DNA of 64,000 nt from Limisphaerales bacterium (GTDB lineage Bacteria; Verrucomicrobiota; Verrucomicrobiia; Limisphaerales; AAA164-E04): the NCBI GenBank assembly GCA_965221075.1, contig OZ244865.1, positions 132,043 to 196,042 of the forward strand. The letters are read 5' to 3'. The position numbers and the translations under genes are program-made. How positions within the stretch are numbered: position 1 is the first letter of the stretch; every line of letters begins with the position of its first letter. This document shows, piece by piece, positions 49,672-57,324 of the stretch. Under the pieces are notes generated by a model. The model saw only the letters and a program-made list of their open reading frames with translations. It did no database searches and had not been told where the DNA came from.

Positions 49672-50398
49672 CTTCCCCATCTCGCTTGCTCTGGTTCAGT
49701 TCTTTTTCTTCATGATTGATCAAGATTGGAAACGCTTTCTTGCTATATCCTACTTGCTCGCTACGGCATTGCTGTTCAACCGGATCAGGCTGAGATTGCT
49801 CTGGATCGCTTCGGCAGCCAAGGGTTTGCGTCGGCCCGAGCGCTGGACCAGACGCTTCGCAGATCCTGTCCGGATTATTGGAACGGCTAACTATGTAATC
49901 TCCATTGCCATTCTTGCAGGCCATTTAATTGCTTCTTCACCGTTTTGGGATAGGCTTTTCCCGATTATGGCTGCCTTTTTCTTTTTCAGCACGATCGCTC
50001 AGTGCTTCTATCTTCAGTCCAAGGCCGAGTAATCCATGAACGAATTGAGGTCGATGAAGAAACTGTGCGCCAGCGTTCCGTACTAGCGGCTCCGTTCCTG
50101 ATTTCCCCTTGTAGCAAACGGGATCAATCGCCATTGCCGATTATCCGGTCCGTCATTTGCCGATCCTGGCTTCCATCGATCCCTGCGCCTTCCCGCGTGT
50201 TCTTGAATTGCAGGTTCGATTCCGATCGTATTCGTCGGTTTGCAAGTCAATGGCCCGTCGCAGCGATCCGCTCGGATCGGAACGGATCATGCTCCAGACG
50301 AATTCCAGGATCCGGATCGTCCGGAGGTCGGTACGAGCAAACTGCTCTTCCCTCTTCGAGGATAGCCGGAAGGCTCCTGTGGCCAGACCTGGAGGCTA

Positions 50399-51241
50399 CT
50401 AGGAACTGGCGCTGGTGTAGCGGCGGAGCATCGCCTGCCACACCAGGCTCGAGACCTGGAAGCAGACCGCCGACATCAGGAGCAGCGGGAGGATCTCCAG
50501 CGGCGAGGAGAGCTTGTCTGCCAGGAACTTGACCGGCACGTTGGTCACCAGAAGCATGGGGACCACATAGGTGAAGCACACCCGGAAGCCTCCGCCGAAG
50601 GCGGCGTCGGGCAGGCGGGCGATGTGGAAGAAGTTGTAGTATCCCCAGACGATCCCCTGCGCCCTCATGAACAGGAAGCTCAGGCTGGAAAGCATGAACA
50701 TCAGGGAGTAGTGGATCATGATTCCGGCCCCGCACAGCAGCAGGAATCCCAGGCACTGCAGGAAACCGGGAACCAGCTCCATCTGCCAGCAGGCGTAGCC
50801 CATCACCGAGAAGCCGGTGAGCACGCCCACCAGGGATCCCGGATCGAAGGTCCGCAGGGAGATGAGGAAGCGGGTGTCCACCGGCAGCAGCAGCAGGAAG
50901 TCCATCCGCCCGGTCCGCACATGGTCCGAGAGGTTGACGATGTTGGTGAAGAAGAGCGCCTGGAAGGACATCTGTATCACCTGGCTGGCTCCGGTCAGCA
51001 GCACCACCTCCCAGCGGGTCCAGCTGGCGATGCGATCGGTGTGCGAGTAGATCACCGTGATGAAGAGCAGCTGCAGGCCGAACCACATCCATTCGACCAC
51101 GATCCACAGCAGGAAGTTGGCCTTGAACTGCATGTCACGGATGATCGAGTTCTGGCACAGCGCTCCGTAGAGTGAGAGGTAGCGGGCCGCCTGCCGCGCC
51201 AAGGACGGGCGGCTCGGGATCCTGTCAGCCTCCCGCTGCAC
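50399..51241 (-). CDS. ABC-2-family (DUF990-like) transporter permease
   Basis: 280 aa, six predicted TM helices, N-terminal ...IIRDMQFKANFLLWIV. Last gene of the ubiA/mqnEA operon. Confidence 0.7.
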   Translation of the reverse strand: MQREADRIPSRPSLARQAARYLSLYGALCQNSIIRDMQFKANFLLWIVVEWMWFGLQLLFITVIYSHTDRIASWTRWEVVLLTGASQVIQMSFQALFFTNIVNLSDHVRTGRMDFLLLLPVDTRFLISLRTFDPGSLVGVLTGFSVMGYACWQMELVPGFLQCLGFLLLCGAGIMIHYSLMFMLSSLSFLFMRAQGIVWGYYNFFHIARLPDAAFGGGFRVCFTYVVPMLLVTNVPVKFLADKLSSPLEILPLLLMSAVCFQVSSLVWQAMLRRYTSASS

Positions 51242-52025
51242 TGTACTTGCGGATTCCCCGGCTCCAGACCAGGCGGGCCACCCCCAGGGCCAGGAGCGTC
51301 CAGAGGGCCTGCAGGGCCAGTCCGAAGACCAGGTCGGCTCCCTCGATCCGCTCCAGGAAGATCCCGGCGGGAAAGTAGAGCAGGTACGGGAAGGGGGTCC
51401 AGGCCAGCGCCTGGGTCATCCACGCTGGCAGTATGTCCAGGGGGAAAACGTGCCCTCCTGCGATGTACTCCACCGCGAAAAAGATGAACACGAAGGTGTC
51501 GATCTCCAGGATCCAGAAGGCCAGCAGGGCCAGGCTGTAGGAGATGAAGAACTGGAGCAGGGCGGTCAGTCCCACGGAGATCACGAAGAAGATCCAGGTG
51601 TCCGGACTGGACGGCAGCTGCAGGGAGCCGGAATGGAGCAGGATGAATCCCCCGATGGGAACCAGTCCCACCAGCAGGTAGACCAGCCGGCCCGATCCGT
51701 AGAGAGCCAGCCGGTAGAGGGTGTAGTCGATCGGCTTGAGCAGGAACTGGCTGATGCGGCCGTCCCGGATGTCGGCGGCGATCTGCCAGTCGTCCTCGTT
51801 GACCGCGGTGAAGGCGTCGATCACCGTGATCACCAGGTAGTAGGCGATCATCTGGTCGAGGGGGTATCCCGCGATGTTTCCATCGCCGCCGGCGTATATC
51901 GCCTTCCAGAGGAAGATGGTGGCGGCCAGGGGTATCAGCCCCAGCACCGATCGGCACAGGAAGTTGAAGCGGTAGGCCAGGGTGTTCTGGATCCCGATAT
52001 TGAAGACGTGCAGGTACTTGCCCAT
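51225..52025 (-). CDS. ABC-2-family (DUF990-like) transporter permease
   Basis: 266 aa starting MGKYLHVFNIGIQNTLAYRFNFLCRSVLGLIPL. The start shares 1 nt with the mqnE-mqnA stop (TGATG). Confidence 0.7.
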   Translation of the reverse strand: MGKYLHVFNIGIQNTLAYRFNFLCRSVLGLIPLAATIFLWKAIYAGGDGNIAGYPLDQMIAYYLVITVIDAFTAVNEDDWQIAADIRDGRISQFLLKPIDYTLYRLALYGSGRLVYLLVGLVPIGGFILLHSGSLQLPSSPDTWIFFVISVGLTALLQFFISYSLALLAFWILEIDTFVFIFFAVEYIAGGHVFPLDILPAWMTQALAWTPFPYLLYFPAGIFLERIEGADLVFGLALQALWTLLALGVARLVWSRGIRKYSAAGG

Positions 52026-53845
52026 CAGTCCAGGAACGCGGGCTCGTGCACCGGCTCCTCGCCCAGGACCTCGAGCTCCCGGACGAACCGCCGGATGCCC
52101 TGCCGCTGGGCCTCCCCCACCTCGTAGCGCACGGCCCGGCCCAGGTAGCGGCGCCTGAAGTCCAGGCCGAACTGCGGATGCTCCTCGGCGATGGACTCCA
52201 GGCGGGCCAGGCCGCGCTGGCGCGCCTGATGCAGAAGCTCCCGGAGCTTGCCTGGCACCCTGCGGCCCAGCGCCATCCACATGGCGTAGACGAAGGGCAG
52301 GCCGGTCTCCTCCTTCCAGGCGGCGCCCAGGTCCCAGAGCTGGTGCGGGTGCCCCGCCTGGCGGAAGGCGATTGCGGGATTACCGATGAGCAGGACATTC
52401 TCCGCCTCGGGCGCCGGGAGCCCGGGATGCAGCGGCTGCCAGCTGGGATGCACGCCACGCCGGTGCAGCAGCACCTTCAGCAGCTTCACGCTGGTCAGGC
52501 TGGAGGGATCGCAATGGACGATCTCGATATCCTCCAGAGGCCCCCGATGGGCCAGGAAGACGCTCAGCACCGGTCCGTCGGAGCAGATGCCGATCCCGTC
52601 CACCAGCCCCATACGGGGATCGGCGATAGCCTCGGTGATGCTCAGCAGAGCCACGTCCACCTCGCGCTTGCGGAGGGCAACGGCCAGACGGCTCGGAGGG
52701 AGGGTCACCAGGTTCCCCTCGATCCCCTCCACCAGGGGTCGGGCGTTGAGGTAGGGAACCGAACCGATGGCGGGCTCGACGGGACGGTAGTAGGTGTCGC
52801 GCTGGACCGGTATCCGGCCCGTCTCGGCGATGGCTCGCTCCAGCGCGCCTCGGGTCTGCTGCTGGGGAGTGCGGGCTCCGGCCATGTGGAAGATGTGCTC
52901 CTCGACGATGGTGCCCTGCAGATCGTCGGCTCCGTAGTCGAGGGCCACCTGGGCCAGGCCCAGGCCCAGGCCCACCCAGTAGGCGGTGACGTGATCGAAA
53001 TTGTCCAGGTAGATCCTGCTGACGGCGATGGTGCGCAGGGAATCGATGCCGGTGGGGGGATGGTCCACCTCGATGGCGTTGTCCTCGGGCTGGTAGGCCA
53101 GGGGGATGAATCCCGAGAAGCCGCCGGTCTCGTCCTGCAGCCGGCGCAGCTGCCTGAGGTGGTCCACCCGGTGGGCCAGGGTCTCCACATGCCCGTAGAG
53201 CATGGTGCAGGTGCTCTTCGCTCCCAGTGAGTGCCAGGCGCGGTGCACGTCCAGGTACTCCTCTGCCGATTCCTTGCCACGGGCGATCAGGGAGCGGACG
53301 CCCGGATCGAAGATCTCCGCCCCTCCGCCGGTGAGCGATCCCAGCCCCGCCTGGCGGAGCTCGCGAAGGGTCTCTTCCACCTTCATCCGGGCCAGCCAGG
53401 AGAGGTGGAGGATCTCGACGGCGGTGAAGCACTTGAGCTCGAGCCGGGAGGAGAGGGCCTTGAGGCGCCGCAGCATCTCGAGGTAGTAGGCGAAGGGCAG
53501 GGTGGGGTGCAGCCCCCCCACGATGTGCAGCTCGGTGGCGCCCGAATCCACCGCCTCCCTGCCCTTCCGCTCCACTTCCTCCAGGGAGAGCTCGAACCCG
53601 TCCTGGTCCCGCTTCTTGCGGGCGAAGGAGCAGAACCGGCAGCTGAGGATGCAGTAGTTGGAGTAGTTGATGTAGCGGTTGATCAGGTAGAGGGCCCGGT
53701 CGCCGTTGCGGCGCCGGTTGGCCAGGGTGGCCAGCTCCCCCAGCAGGCCGAGATCCCCGCTCTCGAACAGGATCAGGGCCTCCTGCTCGTCTATGCGCTC
53801 CCCCTTCTCGACCTTCTGTCCGATGGAGTCCAGCGCGGACCTCAT
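52025..53845 (-). CDS. mqnE/mqnA: Fusion protein: aminofutalosine synthase (radical SAM, MqnE-like) + chorismate dehydratase (MqnA-like)
   Basis: 606 aa. The N-terminal ~355 aa carry the radical-SAM cluster CILSCRFC, HIVGGLHPTLPFAYYLEML, LTGGGAEIF, TMLYGHVET and LQDETGGFSGFIPLA. This runs on without stop or start codon through RDTYYRPVEPA into IGSVPYLNARPLVEG and a ~245-aa MqnA-like domain. Confidence 0.8.
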   Translation of the reverse strand: MRSALDSIGQKVEKGERIDEQEALILFESGDLGLLGELATLANRRRNGDRALYLINRYINYSNYCILSCRFCSFARKKRDQDGFELSLEEVERKGREAVDSGATELHIVGGLHPTLPFAYYLEMLRRLKALSSRLELKCFTAVEILHLSWLARMKVEETLRELRQAGLGSLTGGGAEIFDPGVRSLIARGKESAEEYLDVHRAWHSLGAKSTCTMLYGHVETLAHRVDHLRQLRRLQDETGGFSGFIPLAYQPEDNAIEVDHPPTGIDSLRTIAVSRIYLDNFDHVTAYWVGLGLGLAQVALDYGADDLQGTIVEEHIFHMAGARTPQQQTRGALERAIAETGRIPVQRDTYYRPVEPAIGSVPYLNARPLVEGIEGNLVTLPPSRLAVALRKREVDVALLSITEAIADPRMGLVDGIGICSDGPVLSVFLAHRGPLEDIEIVHCDPSSLTSVKLLKVLLHRRGVHPSWQPLHPGLPAPEAENVLLIGNPAIAFRQAGHPHQLWDLGAAWKEETGLPFVYAMWMALGRRVPGKLRELLHQARQRGLARLESIAEEHPQFGLDFRRRYLGRAVRYEVGEAQRQGIRRFVRELEVLGEEPVHEPAFLD

Positions 53846-54756
53846 CGGAAGGGACGGTTGGCGAAGAAGGGGAAGGCGACCTCCACGGCGATCATGGTCA
53901 GGAAGATGCAGCTGATCAGCGCGTTTAGCCGGAAGAAGGCCATCCCGATCCAGCGCCGGTTCCGCTTCCGGGCCAGCCAGTGCTCGAAGAGAAGGCAGGC
54001 CACGATCATCGCCAGGCCGACGAAGTAGGCCAGGCAGAAGAAGCGGTACTCCAAGCGCAGCAGAATTCCGAAGAGCGCAAGGAGAAGCATCGTCAGCACA
54101 TGGGAGATGAACGCCGCCTGCAGGGCGTTGCCGACGCCCCAGCGCACGATCAGGGAGCGCAGCCCGTTCCTCCGGTCGAAGTCGTAGTCCTGCAGGGAGT
54201 AGATCAGGTCGAAGCCGATCAGCCAGAAGAACACCGCCAGAGCCAGGACCAGCGGAGGAAGCTCCAGGCTGCCGGTGACCGCGATCCAGGCCCCCAGGGG
54301 AGCGATGGCCAGCGCCGCTCCCAGGTAGATGTGGGTGAAGTCGGTGAAGCGCTTGGTCAGGGAGTAGAAGCATATCACGAGCAGGGCCAGGGGGCTGAGC
54401 AGGAAGCAGGTCCAATTGATGAACCAGCAGACGGCCATGAATCCGGCCGCCGACAGGGCCCAGAGCGACACCGCGCTCCGCATGGAGAGCCGCCCCGAGG
54501 CCAGGTGGCGGTCGCGGGTCCGGGGATTGAGCCGGTCGTACTCCACATCCGCCCAGCGGTTGAAGACCATGGCGCAGGTGCGGGCCAGCAGCACCGCGCC
54601 CAGGATCAGGAGGAAGAGGTCCCAGCCGGGCCAGCCATGGCGGTCGCGGCTGGCCACCACCATGGAGGCCAGGGCGAATGGCAGGACGAACAGCGTATGG
54701 GAAATGCGGATCTCCTCGGCCCAGTAGCCCAGCGCGCGCAACCACCTGGTCAGCAT
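53842..54756 (-). CDS. UbiA-family aromatic prenyltransferase (probably the futalosine-pathway MqnP)
   Basis: About 304 aa with multiple TM helices. First Asp-rich motif NRWADVEYD and second YSLQDYDFD. ATGA overlap with mqnE/mqnA. Confidence 0.8.
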   Translation of the reverse strand: MLTRWLRALGYWAEEIRISHTLFVLPFALASMVVASRDRHGWPGWDLFLLILGAVLLARTCAMVFNRWADVEYDRLNPRTRDRHLASGRLSMRSAVSLWALSAAGFMAVCWFINWTCFLLSPLALLVICFYSLTKRFTDFTHIYLGAALAIAPLGAWIAVTGSLELPPLVLALAVFFWLIGFDLIYSLQDYDFDRRNGLRSLIVRWGVGNALQAAFISHVLTMLLLALFGILLRLEYRFFCLAYFVGLAMIVACLLFEHWLARKRNRRWIGMAFFRLNALISCIFLTMIAVEVAFPFFANRPFR

Positions 54757-54874
54757 GGCGGCGGTACTCGGGGGAGAGGGTGCCTCTTCACATTCCAACG
54801 TCCAACGGCGGGGATCTCCGGCCGGAAGCAGGCTACAGCGGGGGACTGGGACTGGCAACGGAAGAGCGGAGAGA

Positions 54875-55963
54875 TCAGCCCTGGCCGTCCAGGGGACGGA
54901 TGGTCCCGGCCTCCACCCACCACCGGGCCGGAGGCTCGCCCTCCAGAGGCTTCCAGTTCTGCTCGGTGCAGGTCATGAACACCTGCCCGCCCTCCTGTCG
55001 CACCGACTGCAGCAGCCCCACCAGCCCCGAGCGGCGGCACAGGTCCAGCTCCCCCATGACATCGTCCAGGAGCAGCACCGGCGCCACGCCGGTGATCCGG
55101 GCCAGCCAGGTGGCCTGGGCCATCTTCAGGGCGATGGCCACCGAGCGCTTCTGTCCCTCGCTCCCGTAGAGGCAGATGTCCTGTCCGTCGAGCCGGAGGA
55201 GCAGGTTGTCGCGGTGGGGGCCGACCACCGTGCTCCCCTGGCGGCTCTCCCGATCCCGGGACTGGATCAGCTCCCGGGCGAAGTCCTCCTTGACGCTGGG
55301 GCGGTATTCCAGGGCCAGGGACTCCCCCTGGCCGGCGATGCCCTCGCATGCCTGGGCGGCAAGCTCCGAGATCCGGGGGACCAGCTGGCGGCGGCTCTCC
55401 ATGATCTGCTGCCCGGCGCGCACCAGCTCGTGATCGAACCCCTCCAGCACCGAAGGCGGGACATCGGGCTGACGCAGGAGGGCGTTGCGGGATCGCAGGG
55501 TGCGGGCGTAGCGCTGCAGCAGAGACAGATCGGCGGGACGGGAGTGGACCTGCAGCAGGTCCAGGAAACGCCTCCGGATGCGGGCCGGACCCCGGACCAT
55601 CTCCAGGTCCTCGGAGCTGAAGACCACCGCTCTGAGCCCCTCGAGAAAGGCGGAGAGGGTCCTCGCAGGCTCTCCGTCGCAAAGGACCCTCCTCTCCTGG
55701 TTCGACCAGTACAGGCCCAGCGACAGGGGAAGCGGCCCGCCGACCCGTCCCTGCACGAAGTAGCCCTCCTGGCCCTGGCGCACCATGCCCCCGCTGGCAG
55801 TTCCACGGAAGGAGCGCAGAGTGGCCAGCAGGTAGATCGCTTCCAGCACGCTGGTCTTGCCCTGGGCGTTGTTGCCCAGGAGGAGCTGGAAGCCGGGGCC
55901 GAAGTCCAGATCCAGCCTGGCGTAGTTGCGGAAGTCCCGCAGGCGCAGATGCGACAGGTGCAC
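54875..55963 (-). CDS. recF: DNA replication/repair protein RecF
   Basis: 362 aa starting MHLSHLRLRDFRNYARLDLDF, with Walker A GNNAQGKTS, signature-like GSEGQKRS and Walker B VLLLDDV. Confidence 0.9.
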   Translation of the reverse strand: MHLSHLRLRDFRNYARLDLDFGPGFQLLLGNNAQGKTSVLEAIYLLATLRSFRGTASGGMVRQGQEGYFVQGRVGGPLPLSLGLYWSNQERRVLCDGEPARTLSAFLEGLRAVVFSSEDLEMVRGPARIRRRFLDLLQVHSRPADLSLLQRYARTLRSRNALLRQPDVPPSVLEGFDHELVRAGQQIMESRRQLVPRISELAAQACEGIAGQGESLALEYRPSVKEDFARELIQSRDRESRQGSTVVGPHRDNLLLRLDGQDICLYGSEGQKRSVAIALKMAQATWLARITGVAPVLLLDDVMGELDLCRRSGLVGLLQSVRQEGGQVFMTCTEQNWKPLEGEPPARWWVEAGTIRPLDGQG

Positions 55964-57324
55964 CCGATCCCCCTATGCGTCCGCCAACAGCGGAATTCCG
56001 GCCATCACCGCCAGCCCTCCCGACGCGTCATTCCACGGCCGCCGGTTCCCCGTCCGCTCCAGGTTCGAATCCAGCGGGATCAGCCTTCCGGAAACCCATG
56101 TGCTGCTTCCAAGCATTCCGCCATCGCCCTTTATTCGCGAGATGCGGATCGATTCGCACGCTGGCGAAGGAAACTTCCGGACTGTCAGGCCCTGCCGCTG
56201 TTAAAGGACATGCCCAGGCATAGCGGCAGCTAGGACTCCGGCGGCTGTTCCCTGAAGGCGGGGTCCAAGGCTTGTTCGAGGAAGCCGGTGGCGGTTGTCG
56301 GAAGCCTCTCCCCAGAGACGGCCCGAGTCGACGAGCCGGGCAACCCAAGCGGAGGCTCGGGCAGGACCGCTTGTCCTCGGATGCGGGCTGCAGGGCTCCA
56401 TTCCGAAGAGGGCTCTCCAGGAACCGATCGGCCTTCATGCCGGTCGGCCGGCTCCATCCAGCTCCGACATCGGTTCGAGCGTGAGAATCGAAGAAATCCG
56501 GAACCTTGCCATGCAGGATCCCCCCTTCCAGGCAAACGCCATGCTCCCTGTCCGCTTGCCGGATCCCATCTGCGAGAATGAACAAGGGCTGCTTGCGTTC
56601 CGCGGGAAGAAGCCGCTCGGCGATCTGATAGGTGGCAGCTTTGGGAGGATCTTTCCAAAGGGGCAGGATCCATTCCACGGCGTCATCCCCGGACGCGCCT
56701 CCGTTCTCCGCCCAGACGGCGGAAGCCCTGATCCATTCCGGTCTCCTGCCCTGGGAACGGACCACTGCCTGCATGCTTGCTCCGGCCTGCTTCTTACCGG
56801 GATCCTCCAGGATCGACCTATGGATCCTCGACACCGGCGGGGTTCCCGCCTCCTGTCGCCTCCACCGCTCCTCCAGGCGGTCCAGCAACGATCGCATGCC
56901 GCCCCCGAGGCGCACCTGGCCTGGACGGCGAGTCCTTCGGCTCTCTCTCCGGCTTGGGAGAGCTCCATGGCTGCCACCATGGCGAAGCGGCAACCGGTCC
57001 CGATCGAACGGAGCGAATCCCCGCATCCTGCGAAGAACCGAAAAGCCGATAGCCTGTCCGGTCCGCCATTTTTCCCGCAAGAAGCTGGATCGAAACTGCG
57101 GGCCTCGCAGGCGCCTGGAACGAGATCGGGCCCTCCTGGAGCGAACCTAGGCCAGCGGGCATGGAGCTGCAACAGCGGAATGGGGCTGGGATGCTGCAGA
57201 GAGCGCAATGCCTGCCGATCGGCCTGATGGCGAAGACATTCCAGCCGCAGCGGAAATGCGAGGATCCAGCCCCGTTCCGGAACCATCGCAACCACCTGGG
57301 AAGGAGGAAGCGTTCCGAACGGAT

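Larger units (their letters stand above)
46161..50032 (+). pseudogene. Array 2, copy 3: same family, split by an ISL3-type IS and a 445-bp MITE-like element
   Basis: The three ORF pieces 46161.., 48454..49278 and 49712..50032 join into one frame collinear with copies 1 and 2 once 46783..48472 and 49227..49677 are removed. Confidence 0.75.

Noticed and set aside
50205-50235. GGTTCGATTCC T-loop-like motif at the right edge of the low-GC island, considered as a possible tRNA-derived att site
   Set aside because: The flanking bases do not form a T-stem or an acceptor stem. I found no matching direct repeat at the left edge of the island (41763..41929).
56051-56085. tRNA/tmRNA-like T-loop motif GGTTCGAATCC just upstream of recF
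   Set aside because: Only 3 of 5 T-stem pairs form. No acceptor partner lies within tRNA distance; the best candidate is about 118 nt away. No anticodon arm could be drawn.
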